From the NCBI GenBank assembly GCA_038319115.1, contig JBBQCV010000002.1, positions 1 through 56,990 on the forward strand: a stretch of DNA of 56,990 nt. The letters run 5' to 3'. Under the pieces are notes generated by a model, which did no database searches, was not told the origin of the DNA, and saw only the letters and a list, made by a program, of their open reading frames with translations. Below, one piece after another: positions 1 to 9,362 of this stretch. A program made the position numbers and the translations under genes. Position 1 is the stretch's first letter. The number at the start of each line of letters is the position of its first letter. This DNA comes from Burkholderiales bacterium. GTDB taxonomy: Bacteria; Pseudomonadota; Gammaproteobacteria; Burkholderiales; SG8-39.

Positions 1-546
1 CTCAAGGCCCAGAATATCGCCAAGGCGAAGCAGCTCCTGCAGGAGTCCGGCTACAAGGGCGAGCCGGTGATCCTGCTGGACGCGGTCGATATCTCGTTCC
101 TGCATCACATGAATCTCGTCGCGGCCGAGCAGTTGAAGGCGGTCGGTATCAACGTGCAGGCGCAGGCGATGGATTTCGCCACGCTGGCCGCGCGGCGCTC
201 GAAGAAGGAGGCGCCTTCGGCCGGCGGCTGGAACGTGTTCCTGACCGCGGCGCTGGTCAGCGGCATGAGCGACCCGCTGGTCAATGCCTATGCTGGTACC
301 GCGTGCGACAAGGCGCTCTTCGGCTGGCCCTGCGACGAGCGGCTCGAGAAGCTGCGCCTGGATTGGGCGAAATCCTCCGACCCGGCGGCGAAAAAGAAGC
401 TGATCGACGAGATCCAGGCGCGCCACATGCAGGTCGTCACCTACGTGCCACTCGGCCAGTACGTCGAGAACATCGCGTACCACAAGCGCCTGAATGGCGT
501 GCTCAAGAGCCCCGCGCGGCTGTACTGGAACATCGAGAAGAAGTAA
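1..546 (+). CDS. ABC transporter substrate-binding protein, family 5 (peptide/nickel/opine type), C-terminal fragment; 5' end lies outside the window
   Basis: Frame 1 is open from base 1 (LKAQNIAKAKQLLQESGYKGEPVILLD...) and runs into the listed 67..546 ORF. The tail ...FGWPCDERLEKLRLDW...IDEIQ...VPLGQY... is typical of SBP_bac_5 C-termini. Stop is TAA at 544-546. Confidence 0.75.
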   Translation, partial: LKAQNIAKAKQLLQESGYKGEPVILLDAVDISFLHHMNLVAAEQLKAVGINVQAQAMDFATLAARRSKKEAPSAGGWNVFLTAALVSGMSDPLVNAYAGTACDKALFGWPCDERLEKLRLDWAKSSDPAAKKKLIDEIQARHMQVVTYVPLGQYVENIAYHKRLNGVLKSPARLYWNIEKK

Positions 547-547
547 G

Positions 548-664
548 GCCAGGAAGGAAGGGCTGAGCCCCTCCTCAGACTTCCCCGCCAGGAAGGAAGG
601 GCCGCGCCCCTCCTCAGGCCTCCCCGCCAGGAAGGAGGGGCCGCGCCCCTCCTCAGGCCTCCCC
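548..664. repeat. Three head-to-tail copies of a 39-bp GC-rich palindromic unit (548-586, 587-625, 626-664) filling the gap between two convergent genes; REP-like, probably a bidirectional terminator
   Basis: Read directly: gccaggaaggaagggc-tga/cgc-gcccctcctcag(a/g)c(t/c)tcccc repeated three times with a few substitutions. Each unit can fold as aggaggggc/gcccctcct (about 9 bp). There are no spacers between units. Confidence 0.8.
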
Positions 665-665
665 G

Positions 666-1910
666 CTAATTCATTCGGATGGTGACGGGCGCAGCCTCGT
701 AGACCACCTTGCCGCCTTTGATCACTGCGAGGCAGGGATTCTGCGCGATGGCGGCGGCGATCTCGCCCGGGTAGCGCGCGTCCCAGAGCGCAAGATCGGC
801 GACCTTGCCGACCTCGATGGTGCCGCGGTCCTTCATCCCGAGAGCTCGCGCGCTCACCCGCGTAAACGCGGCGAGTGCCTCCTCGGTCGTGAGCCCGAAC
901 AGCCGGCAGGCCATGTTCATCATCATCGGCGGGGACATCGTGTTCGAGCTCACCGGGTTGCAGTTGGTAGCGAGGGCCATTGGAAGGCCGTACTTGCGCA
1001 TCAGCCCGACCTCGGGTCGATGAGTCTCGCCCATGGTGAAATGGGCGCCCGGCAACAGCGTTCCCACCACCCCTGCATCGGCGAGCGCCCGGATGGTCGG
1101 CTCTGACGCAAACTCGAGGTGGTCGGCCGAGAGGCCGCGAAATTTGGCCACGAGGTCGGCCGCCTTGTAGTCGCGATACTGCTCGGAATGCAGCTTCACC
1201 GGCAGGCCGTTGGCCGTGGCAGCCTCGAAGAGCTTGGTGATCTGGGCGTGGTTGAATCCGGTCGGGTCGCAGAACCCGTCGACGGCGTCGACCAGTCCTT
1301 CGCGGATCGCCGCCGGCAGGATCGTGTCGCAGAGCATCTCGACGTAATCGTCATGGCGCCCCTCGTACTCTGGCCCCACGGCATGGGCGCCGAGGAAAGT
1401 GGAAACCACGGTCAACGGCAGGTTTTTCCCCAGCTGGCGGCTGACGCGCATCGAGCGCATCTCGGACGCGAGGTCCAGCCCCGCGCCCGACTTGCTCTCC
1501 ATCGTGGTGACGCCATGCGCCATGAGTTGCCTGACGCGCTTTTCGCTCACGGCATAGAGCTCTTCTTCGCCGGCCGCGCGTGTCTTGCGCACGAGGCCCG
1601 GCACGCCGCCACCGGCGGCGATCATCTGGGCACGCGTGCCGCCCTGGGTGAGCAACTCGAAATCGCTGACGCCATCACCGCCGTAAACGATATGCGTGTG
1701 CGGATCGACCAGGCCCGGCGTGAGCAGGCAGCCCTTGCCGTCATGCACCTTGCGCGCGAGCGATGTCGGTTCGCCGGGCAGCGCGGCGCGCTCGCCGACC
1801 CATGCAAACCTGCCCGCTTCGCAGGCCACGGCGCCTTCGCCAATCAGGCCGAAAGGCGCGCTGCCCGCCATAGTCGCCACCGGAACGTTTACCCAGAGTG
1901 CATCCCACAT
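666..1910 (-). CDS. Imidazolonepropionase-like amidohydrolase (HutI family), orphan copy
   Basis: The 414-aa ORF is collinear with HutI: LVDPHTHIVYGG (HxH metal motif), AAGGGV...TR, ESKSGAGL, KLHSEQ, SADHLEF, LATNCNP. No hutH, hutU or hutG is in the window. Confidence 0.7.
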   Translation of the reverse strand: MWDALWVNVPVATMAGSAPFGLIGEGAVACEAGRFAWVGERAALPGEPTSLARKVHDGKGCLLTPGLVDPHTHIVYGGDGVSDFELLTQGGTRAQMIAAGGGVPGLVRKTRAAGEEELYAVSEKRVRQLMAHGVTTMESKSGAGLDLASEMRSMRVSRQLGKNLPLTVVSTFLGAHAVGPEYEGRHDDYVEMLCDTILPAAIREGLVDAVDGFCDPTGFNHAQITKLFEAATANGLPVKLHSEQYRDYKAADLVAKFRGLSADHLEFASEPTIRALADAGVVGTLLPGAHFTMGETHRPEVGLMRKYGLPMALATNCNPVSSNTMSPPMMMNMACRLFGLTTEEALAAFTRVSARALGMKDRGTIEVGKVADLALWDARYPGEIAAAIAQNPCLAVIKGGKVVYEAAPVTIRMN

Positions 1911-2004
1911 CGCGGCCCCTCCGTTTTAGAAAGTTTAACTTTCGCTTTCAAAGATCCAGTGCCGACGCGGCTTTCAGGGGATCCCACTTTCCTCTTCCGG
2001 AAAA

Positions 2005-3210
2005 CTATCCCGCCGCTCTCGCTTCCAGCGCCGCAACCGCCGGCAACGTCTTGCCTTCCAGGAATTCGAGGAACGCGCCGCCCCCGGTCGAGATATAGGA
2101 AATCTTGTCGGTTACGCCGTACTTGGCGATGGCCGCCAGGGTGTCGCCGCCGCCGGCGATCGAATAGGCCTGCGAATCGGCGATGGCGTGCGCGAGCGTT
2201 TCGGTGCCGCCGCCGAAGCTGTCGAACTCGAACACCCCGACCGGGCCGTTCCACACCACGGTGCCGGCCTTGGCCACCATCGCCGCCAGCGCAGCAGCGC
2301 TCTGCGGCCCGATGTCGAGGATCAGGTCGTCAGGCTCGACGTCGCGCACCGATTTGGTCTGCGCCTTCGCAGTGGCGGAAAACTCCTTCGCGCAGACCAC
2401 ATCCACGGGCAGCGGCACGCTGCCGCCCTTGGCCATGATGGCCGCCATCACCTTGTTGGCCTCGCCAGTCAGGTCGTGCTCGGCGAGCGACTTGCCGATG
2501 CGCGCCCCCGATGCGAGCAGGAAGGTATTGGCGATCCCGCCGCCGACGATGAGCTGGTCAACCTTGCCGGCCAGCGACTCGAGGATAGTGAGCTTGGTTG
2601 ACACCTTCGACCCCGCCACGACCGCCACCAGCGGGCGGGCCGGGTGTGCGAGCGCCTTGCCGAGCGCGTCGAGCTCGGCCGCCAGCAACGGGCCCGCGCA
2701 CGCCACCGGCGCGAAGCGCGCCACGCCGTGGGTGGTCGCTTCGGCGCGGTGGGCGGTGCCGAAGGCGTCGTTCACGTAGATATCGCACAACGTCGCGATC
2801 TTCTTCGCCAGCGCCGGGTCGTCCTTTTTCTCGCCCACGTTGAAGCGGCAGTTCTCCAGCATGACCACCTTGCCCGGCGCCACGCCCATCGGATCGAACT
2901 TGCCCTTGCCATTTTCAGCGGGGACCCAGTCCTGCACCAGCGGCACGTCGGCGCCGAGGAGCTTGGACAGGTGCTTTGCGACCGGCGCGAGCGATTCGGC
3001 CTCGTCGAACTTGCCCTCCGTGGGGCGACCGAGGTGGGACACGAGCATGAGCCGAGCGCCTTTGCCGAGCGCGTGCCGGATGCCGGGCAGGGCCGCGCGG
3101 ATACGCGTGTCCTCGGTGATGCGCCCGTCCTGGAACGGCACGTTGAAGTCGACCCGCACGAGCACGCGCTTGTCCCCCAGGTCGAGGTCGGTCATGCGCA
3201 GGAATTTCAT
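2005..3210 (-). CDS. pgk: Phosphoglycerate kinase
   Basis: 401 aa. N-terminus ...[17 protein letters not shown]..., plus ...HLGRP... and ...[14 protein letters not shown]..., all Pgk hallmarks. It starts 16 nt downstream of the gap stop. Confidence 0.95.
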   Translation of the reverse strand: MKFLRMTDLDLGDKRVLVRVDFNVPFQDGRITEDTRIRAALPGIRHALGKGARLMLVSHLGRPTEGKFDEAESLAPVAKHLSKLLGADVPLVQDWVPAENGKGKFDPMGVAPGKVVMLENCRFNVGEKKDDPALAKKIATLCDIYVNDAFGTAHRAEATTHGVARFAPVACAGPLLAAELDALGKALAHPARPLVAVVAGSKVSTKLTILESLAGKVDQLIVGGGIANTFLLASGARIGKSLAEHDLTGEANKVMAAIMAKGGSVPLPVDVVCAKEFSATAKAQTKSVRDVEPDDLILDIGPQSAAALAAMVAKAGTVVWNGPVGVFEFDSFGGGTETLAHAIADSQAYSIAGGGDTLAAIAKYGVTDKISYISTGGGAFLEFLEGKTLPAVAALEARAAG

Positions 3211-3226
3211 CGGGGCCTGCCGTCGG

Positions 3227-4252
3227 CTACTTGGCGTTCATGAAGGCGATGGTGGTGTCCAGCATGCGGTTGGAGAATCCCCATTCGTTGTCATACCAGC
3301 CGCCGACCTTGACCAGCTTTCCCTCCGCTACCTTGGTCAGCGTCGCATCGAAGGTGCACGAAGCCGGGTTGTGGTTGTAGTCGATGGAGACCAGCGGCTC
3401 CAAGGTGTAATCGAGGATGCCCTTGAGCGCACCGTCCGCGGCGTCCTTCATGAAGCCGTTGATTTCGTCCACCGATGTCGCGCGCGCAGCGGAAAACGTG
3501 AGGTCGACGATGGACACGTTGATGGTCGGCACGCGGATCGCATACCCGTCGAGTTTGCCGTTGAGTTCGGGCAGCACCAGTCCGACTGCGGCGGCCGCGC
3601 CGGTCTTGGTCGGGATCATCGACATGGTGGCCGAGCGCGCGCGACGCAGGTCCTCGTGATACACGTCGGTGAGCACCTGGTCGTTGGTGTACGAGTGCAC
3701 TGTGGTCATGAGGCCGGCGACGATCCCGACCTTGTCGTTGAGCACCTTGGCCATCGGCGCGAGGCAGTTGGTGGTGCACGATGCGTTCGAGATCACCGTA
3801 TGCGCGGCCTTGAGCGTGGCGTGGTTCACGCCGTACACCACGGTGGCGTCGACGTCCTTTCCGCCGGGGGCCGAGATGATGACTTTGCTGGCGCCGGCAG
3901 CGAGGTGCGCGCCGGCCTTTTCCTTGGTGGTGAAAAATCCGGTGCACTCGAGGACCACGTCGACGCCGAGTTCCTTCCAGGGCAGCTCGGCCGGGTTGCG
4001 CTTGGCGCACACGCGGATGCGGTCGCCGTTGACGATCATGTATTCGCCTTCGACGCTGACGGTTCCAGGGAACTTGCCGTGCGCGGTGTCGTAGCGCGTC
4101 AGGTGCGCATTGGTCTCGGCGTTGCCGAGGTCGTTGATCGCCACGATCTGCAGGTCGTGCTTGAATTTTCCCGACTTGGCGCCCTCGTAGTGGGCGCGAA
4201 GGATGTTGCGGCCGATGCGGCCATAGCCGTTGATTGCTACCTTGATTGCCAT
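3227..4252 (-). CDS. gap: Type I glyceraldehyde-3-phosphate dehydrogenase
   Basis: 341 aa. [19 protein letters not shown]-binding N-terminus, active-site [12 protein letters not shown], and C-terminal [11 protein letters not shown]. Confidence 0.95.
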   Translation of the reverse strand: MAIKVAINGYGRIGRNILRAHYEGAKSGKFKHDLQIVAINDLGNAETNAHLTRYDTAHGKFPGTVSVEGEYMIVNGDRIRVCAKRNPAELPWKELGVDVVLECTGFFTTKEKAGAHLAAGASKVIISAPGGKDVDATVVYGVNHATLKAAHTVISNASCTTNCLAPMAKVLNDKVGIVAGLMTTVHSYTNDQVLTDVYHEDLRRARSATMSMIPTKTGAAAAVGLVLPELNGKLDGYAIRVPTINVSIVDLTFSAARATSVDEINGFMKDAADGALKGILDYTLEPLVSIDYNHNPASCTFDATLTKVAEGKLVKVGGWYDNEWGFSNRMLDTTIAFMNAK

Positions 4253-4268
4253 CTTCTAACTCCGGGGT

Positions 4269-6317
4269 CTATTGCGGGGACAGGACCTGCTTCACCGCAG
4301 CCGTCACGGCTTCGGCGGTGATACCGAAAAACTTGAACAGTTCGGGTGCCGGGGCCGATTCGCCGTAGCGATCGATGCCCACAACGGCGCCTTCGAGGCC
4401 GACGTACTTGCGCCAGAAATCGGTGACTCCGGCCTCAACCGCGACGCGCGGCATGCCCTTTGGAAGCACCGAGGCACGGTAATCCTCGTCCTGCCGGTCG
4501 AACACGGTCGTCGCCGGCATCGACACAACGCGCACCGCGATGCCGGCCTCGGCCAATTGCTTTTGCGCGGCCAGCGCGAGCGGGACTTCGGAACCCGTGG
4601 CGAGGATCGCGGCCTTTGCGTCGTCGGCCGCGGACAGCACGTACCCGCCGCGACGGATGTTGGTGATGGCCTCCTGCCCGCGCTCGGCGAACGCTACGTT
4701 CTGGCGCGAGAAAAGGAGCGCGCTCGGGCCGTCCTTCCGCTGGATCGCATAGCCCCAGGCGACGGCCGACTCGACCGTGTCGCACGGTCGCCAGACGTCG
4801 AGCCCCGGCATCAGCCGCAGGCAGGCGGCGTGCTCTACCGACTGGTGCGTGGGCCCGTCCTCGCCCAGGCCGATCGAATCGTGCGTGAACACCCAGATCG
4901 CGCGCAGCTTCATGAGCGCCGCGAGGCGCAGCGCATTGCGCGCATAGTCGGAAAAGGTGAGGAAGGTCCCACCGTAGGGGATATAGCCGCCATGCAGCGC
5001 AATGCCGTTCATGATTGCCGACATGCCGAACTCGCGCACGCCGTAGAAGAGGTAATTGCCGCCGCCCTCGTGGCCCACGGGCCGCGAACCCGACCACATG
5101 GTGAGGTTCGAGGCTGCGAGGTCGGCCGAGCCGCCGAGCAATTCGGGCAGCGCGGGCGCCAGCGCCTCGATCGTGTTCTGGGAGGCCTTGCGTGTGGCGA
5201 TGGTTTCGGCCTTGGCGTTGGCCGCGGCGACGAACGCGTCGAGCTTCGCGCCGAAGTCGGGGGGCAGGTCGCCCGCCATGCGGCGCTCGAACTCGGCCGC
5301 CTCGGCTGGGAAAGCCTGCGCATACGCGGCGAACACCTTCTTCCACTCCGACTCGCCCCGCGCGCCCTTGCGCTTGGCGTTCCAGGCCTTGTAGATCTCG
5401 TCGGGGATCACGAACGGCGGGTAATGCCAGCCCAGGGCCTCGCGCGTGGCGGCGATTTCCTTGTCCCCCAGCGGCGCGCCGTGCGCGCTGCCGGTGTTTG
5501 CCTTGGTCGGCGCACCCTTGCCGATGATGGTCTTGCAACAGATCAGCGTGGGCCGCGTCACTTCGCGCTTGGCCTTGGCGATGGCGCGATGCACGGCGCC
5601 CACATCGTGCCCATCGACCTTGGGGATCACCTGCCAGCCATACGCCGCGAACCGCTTGGGCACGTCGTCGGTATACCAGCTCGCGATCGCGCCCTTCTCC
5701 GAGTCGATGGAGATGCTGTTGTCGTCGTAAAACGCGATCAGCTTGCCCAGCCCCAGCGTGCCAGCGAGGGCGCACGACTCGTGCGAGATGCCCTCCATCA
5801 TGCAGCCGTCGCCGAGGAACGCGTAGGTATGGTGGTCGACGACGGCATGGCCGGGGCGGTTGAACTCGGCGGCCAGCAGGCGCTCGGCGATCGCCATGCC
5901 GACGGCGTTGGAGATGCCCTGCCCCAGCGGGCCGGTGGTGGTTTCCACGCCGGGGGTCACGCCGACTTCCGGGTGGCCCGGGGTCTTCGAATGCAACTGG
6001 CGGAAACGGCGCAGTTCCTCGATGGGCAACGCGTAGCCCGACAGGTGCAGCACTGAGTACAGCAGCATCGAGCCGTGGCCGTTGGAGAGTACGAAGCGAT
6101 CGCGGTTGGCCCAGTGCGGGTCGGCCGGGTTGTGCTTGAGGTTGCGATGCCACAGCGCCACCGCGATTTCGGCCATGCCCATCGGCATGCCCGGATGACC
6201 GGAACTGGCGGCCTGCACGGCGTCCATCGACAGGAAGCGGATGGCGTTCGCGAGGTCCGCTTCTGAGACGGAGCGCGGAGCCGCGGGGGATGCCGAGGAC
6301 GACGAGGGGGAATTCAT
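4269..6317 (-). CDS. tkt: Transketolase
   Basis: The ORF 4269..6428 was trimmed to the internal ATG at 6317 (MNSPSSS...). [40 protein letters not shown] and [15 protein letters not shown] are transketolase TPP motifs. The 37 upstream codons show no conservation. Confidence 0.9.
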   Translation of the reverse strand: MNSPSSSSASPAAPRSVSEADLANAIRFLSMDAVQAASSGHPGMPMGMAEIAVALWHRNLKHNPADPHWANRDRFVLSNGHGSMLLYSVLHLSGYALPIEELRRFRQLHSKTPGHPEVGVTPGVETTTGPLGQGISNAVGMAIAERLLAAEFNRPGHAVVDHHTYAFLGDGCMMEGISHESCALAGTLGLGKLIAFYDDNSISIDSEKGAIASWYTDDVPKRFAAYGWQVIPKVDGHDVGAVHRAIAKAKREVTRPTLICCKTIIGKGAPTKANTGSAHGAPLGDKEIAATREALGWHYPPFVIPDEIYKAWNAKRKGARGESEWKKVFAAYAQAFPAEAAEFERRMAGDLPPDFGAKLDAFVAAANAKAETIATRKASQNTIEALAPALPELLGGSADLAASNLTMWSGSRPVGHEGGGNYLFYGVREFGMSAIMNGIALHGGYIPYGGTFLTFSDYARNALRLAALMKLRAIWVFTHDSIGLGEDGPTHQSVEHAACLRLMPGLDVWRPCDTVESAVAWGYAIQRKDGPSALLFSRQNVAFAERGQEAITNIRRGGYVLSAADDAKAAILATGSEVPLALAAQKQLAEAGIAVRVVSMPATTVFDRQDEDYRASVLPKGMPRVAVEAGVTDFWRKYVGLEGAVVGIDRYGESAPAPELFKFFGITAEAVTAAVKQVLSPQ

Positions 6318-6463
6318 GGCACTCCGGGGACGGGCGGGATCGGGGGGCGCAACAGGCGAATTATAGCCAACGGGCTCCATCGCTCTGCCCTCAGCGCCCC
6401 GCGTTTCGCCTGTTTTGCGCTTACCCATGCCCGCTGCGGGGCATTGTCTTAAACTGCGCGACC

Positions 6464-7390
6464 ATGACCATGCCCTTCACCAGCCCGGACGGCTACGTCC
6501 CCCTCGTCTCGCCCGAATCGGACGAGGATGCCCATTGGTTCGTGTTCCGCGGCGACCAGCTGCTGGTCGAAATCGGCCCGCCCTCCAGCGCGCCGAGCGA
6601 CGACCCGCGCGTGACCGGAAGGCCGAGCTGGGCGCGCCTGCCGTCTGGCCGCGGTGCGGCCAGTGGCGGAGTGCTGTCGGCGCTCGGCATCGCACCGATG
6701 CGCACGCTTTATTTCGGCCGGCTGGGCGCCACCCATTTGTACGCCGTCGAGGCGCCGCCCCAAGTGGAGCCCCCGCTGGGCATGGCGTGGCAGGGATTAC
6801 GCACGCTGTTCTCGGTGCTCGAGGACGCGCACTTTGCGCTGGCCGGGCGCGCGGTGCAGTTGGTCGACTGGGACCGCAACCACCAGTTCTGCGGCCGATG
6901 CGGCGGCGCCACCGTGAGCAAGGCCGACGAACGCGGCCGCGTGTGCCGGGCCTGCCGCCTGACGTTTTATCCCAAGATTGCGCCGGCGGTCATGGCGCTC
7001 GTGCGGCGAGGCAACCAGATGCTGCTGGGCCGCAGCCCGCATTTCCCGCCCGGCATGTTCAGCGCGCTGGCCGGGTTCGTCGAGCCCGGCGAAACGCTCG
7101 AACAGTGCATTGCGCGCGAGGTGCTCGAGGAAGTCGGCATCGCGGTCACCAACGTGGAGTATTTCGCCAGCCAGCCGTGGCCGTTCCCCAACTCGCTCAT
7201 GATCGCGTTTTTCTGCGACTACGCGGGCGGCGAGATCACGCCCCAGGAGACCGAGATCGAGGCGGCGGAATGGTTCGATGTCTTCCAATTGCCTAAGTTA
7301 CCAAGTAAAATATCGATCGCCCGACGCCTGATCGATGCCGCAGCTGCAAAGATGCGTAGTGACGCCGCCGGGAATCTTTCGCGCGGATAA
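6464..7390 (+). CDS. nudC: NAD(+) diphosphatase / NADH pyrophosphatase (Nudix, NudC type)
   Basis: Zinc ribbon CGRCGG...CRAC, Nudix box [23 protein letters not shown], and the NudC-specific SQPWPFPNS. The start is placed at MTMPFTS (6464); the upstream part of ORF 6290..7390 overlaps the divergent tkt 5' end. Confidence 0.85.
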   Translation: MTMPFTSPDGYVPLVSPESDEDAHWFVFRGDQLLVEIGPPSSAPSDDPRVTGRPSWARLPSGRGAASGGVLSALGIAPMRTLYFGRLGATHLYAVEAPPQVEPPLGMAWQGLRTLFSVLEDAHFALAGRAVQLVDWDRNHQFCGRCGGATVSKADERGRVCRACRLTFYPKIAPAVMALVRRGNQMLLGRSPHFPPGMFSALAGFVEPGETLEQCIAREVLEEVGIAVTNVEYFASQPWPFPNSLMIAFFCDYAGGEITPQETEIEAAEWFDVFQLPKLPSKISIARRLIDAAAAKMRSDAAGNLSRG

Positions 7391-7647
7391 CTGTCTGATT
7401 TGCCGTGAAGCTGTGCGGCGGCAGATTTGGAACCCCGTTTGGAAGAAGCGCAAGGAAGGTCCGAGGTACTGAGCGGGCGACTGGCCTGGATCCGGAATCA
7501 GCCGGAGAGGGACGGCCCAAGAGAGGTCCTGCACGAAGTGCACGGTTTTCGTTTTTTGGCCGCAAGGCGAATTGTGAGGCGCACCCTGGAGCGCAGCCCT
7601 TAACGGGCACCGGGTTGCGCCTTCGCGTTTTACGGAGGGGAACGAAG
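7391..7647 (+). promoter_or_regulatory. Long non-coding 5' leader / intergenic region upstream of the speD-speE fusion gene; possible cis-regulatory RNA, class unknown
   Basis: 257 nt lie between the nudC stop and the speDE ATG. The region is in-frame open but its third codon positions are AT-rich (aga, ttt, gga, act, tta...), unlike real genes here. Short stems (tgcac-gaa-gtgca; acgaa-N10-ttcgt) are followed by the T-tract ttttcgtttttt at 7546-7557. A strong SD GGAGGGG sits at 7634-7640. Confidence 0.35.
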
Positions 7648-8910
7648 ATGAATGGTCTGCACCTGATCGGTGACCTGTCGGGGTGTCGCTGTGATCCGAA
7701 AATCCTGCTCGACGGGGCCCAGTTTCGCGAGAAGTGCCTGCAGATGGTGCGCGATACCGGCCTCACGATCATGGACTCCACCTTCCGCCAGTTCGAAGGG
7801 TCCGGGTTCACCGGCACCGTGGTGCTGGCCGAGTCCCACCTCGCGATCCACACCTGGCCCGAACGCAGCGGCCTCACGCTCGACATCTACGTCTGCAATT
7901 TCAGCGGTGACAACAGTGGCAAGGCGCGCGCGCTGTTCCGCGCGCTGGTCGACCATTTCCAGCCGACCGAAACCGCCTCCCACGAGATCGACCGCGGCGA
8001 GCACACACTCATGGAGCCGCTCAACGCTTCCACCGGCTTTTACATCAAGGCCTCGCGCCAAATCGGCGAGTGGCAGACCAAATACCAGAAGATAGCGATC
8101 TACGACACGCCCGATTTCGGCAAGCTGTTCCGCCTCGACGGCTTCAACATGACCTCCGAGAAAGACGAGTTCGTCTATCACGAGAACCTCATCCACCCGG
8201 CGGCCACGGCGCACGCCGGCCCGCGCAACGTGCTCATCATCGGCGGAGGCGACGGCGGGTCGTCCGAGGAGGTGCTCAAGCACCCGTCGGTCGAGCAAGT
8301 CACCATGGTCGAGATCGACGCCGAAGTGATCGGCGTGGCCAAGGAGCATTTCGGCGCCGTGCACAACGGCGTGTTCGACAATCCCAAGCTGCGCGTGCTG
8401 ATCGAGGACGGCCTCGACTTCGTGCGCCGCACGACCGAGAAGTTCGACCTGATCGTGCTTGACCTCAACGACCCAATGGGCCCGGCCGAGCCGCTGTACA
8501 CGAGTGAATTCTTCCAGCAGTGCCGCCACGCGCTGGCGCCAGGCGGCGCGCTGACCCTGCACCTGGGCTCGCCGGTGGCCCAGTCGCAGCAGGTCGCCGA
8601 CATCTCCGCCCGCCTCAACTCGGTGTTCCGAATCGTCAGGCCCTACACGATGTTCGTGCCGCTGTACGGCTCGCTGTGGGCGATGGCCTGCGCCTCGGAC
8701 AAGCTCGACCCGAAATCCTTCACCGCCGACGAGATCGACCGCCGCATCGAGCATCGCAAGCTGATCCAGCTGCAGTATTTCAACGGCGAAACGCACGAAG
8801 CCGTGTTCGCGCTGCCCAATTTCGTCCGCGACCTCGTCGCCCCACCCCGGCTGCGCCAGCCCACGCGCGGCGGCCGGCTCGGCGTCGTGCGCACCGCAGC
8901 CGTAAAGTAA
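7648..8910 (+). CDS. Bifunctional S-adenosylmethionine decarboxylase proenzyme / spermidine synthase fusion (SpeD-SpeE)
   Basis: 420 codons. The N-terminal ~125 aa carry the small pyruvoyl AdoMetDC signature VVLAESHLAIHTWPE. The remainder is an aminopropyltransferase: YHENLIHP, VLIIGGGDGG, VEIDAEV, FDLIVLDLNDP, TLHLGSP. The ATG at 7648 is preceded by GGAGGGG. Confidence 0.85.
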   Translation: MNGLHLIGDLSGCRCDPKILLDGAQFREKCLQMVRDTGLTIMDSTFRQFEGSGFTGTVVLAESHLAIHTWPERSGLTLDIYVCNFSGDNSGKARALFRALVDHFQPTETASHEIDRGEHTLMEPLNASTGFYIKASRQIGEWQTKYQKIAIYDTPDFGKLFRLDGFNMTSEKDEFVYHENLIHPAATAHAGPRNVLIIGGGDGGSSEEVLKHPSVEQVTMVEIDAEVIGVAKEHFGAVHNGVFDNPKLRVLIEDGLDFVRRTTEKFDLIVLDLNDPMGPAEPLYTSEFFQQCRHALAPGGALTLHLGSPVAQSQQVADISARLNSVFRIVRPYTMFVPLYGSLWAMACASDKLDPKSFTADEIDRRIEHRKLIQLQYFNGETHEAVFALPNFVRDLVAPPRLRQPTRGGRLGVVRTAAVK

Positions 8911-8957
8911 TCCCGGAAGGGCACGCGTTTCCTGCGCTCGCGGCGGGAGCGGCTGAG

Positions 8958-9329
8958 CTAGGGTCGGGGCGCAGCAGCCTCGGCGTACATGGGCTTGCCC
9001 TCGGACAGGCGGATCCAGCCCTTGACCACGCGGTAGAGGAACCAGATCGCGTCGGCGGCGAGGATGGCGAACCCGACCACCACCAGCGTAAGCAGCACCC
9101 CGATCACGGCCCAAAGCAGCGACCACCAGAAGGTCCGGATCTGCCAGCGGAAGTGCGATTCGTACAGGGTACCGGCGACGTCGTCGCGCTTGACGTAATT
9201 GACTATCACGCCGGCGATCAGCGAGATGCCGACCAGGAACGACGCGGCCTGCAGCGCATAGACCGCCTGGGTCACCTGCCTGAGCGGATGATTGGCGGCT
9301 GCGGTGCCCGGCGCCTCCTCGGTGGTCAT
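8958..9329 (-). CDS. Small integral membrane protein of unknown function (2-3 predicted TM helices; COG3671-like, tentative)
   Basis: 123 aa. Hydrophobic stretches AVYALQAASFLVGISLIAGVIV and FWWSLLWAVIGVLLTLVVVGFAILAADAIWFLY. The ESHFRWQIRTFWW motif is recalled from a conserved membrane-protein family. Confidence 0.55.
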   Translation of the reverse strand: MTTEEAPGTAAANHPLRQVTQAVYALQAASFLVGISLIAGVIVNYVKRDDVAGTLYESHFRWQIRTFWWSLLWAVIGVLLTLVVVGFAILAADAIWFLYRVVKGWIRLSEGKPMYAEAAAPRP

Positions 9330-9362
9330 TGAAACTCGCTCGCTGCCGGGATGCCCGCGGGA

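Noticed and set aside
548-664. Possible CRISPR array (regularly repeated 39-bp palindromic units)
   Set aside because: The units are directly abutting with no spacers, there are only three of them, and no cas genes are present. They fit a REP-like/terminator repeat better.
7451-7520. Possible SRP (4.5S) RNA, because of the ...GGAUCCGGAAUCAGCCGG... similarity to the GGUCCGGAAGGAAGCAGCC domain IV motif
   Set aside because: The GGAA is not closed by the conserved helix, the symmetric and asymmetric loop sequences are missing, and no complementary 3' strand is present.
7405-7647. In-frame N-terminal extension of the speD-speE ORF (81 extra codons)
   Set aside because: Its third codon positions are AT-rich, unlike genuine genes here. 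A strong SD (GGAGGGG) precedes the ATG at 7648, and the AdoMetDC domain aligns from MNGLHLIGDL onward.
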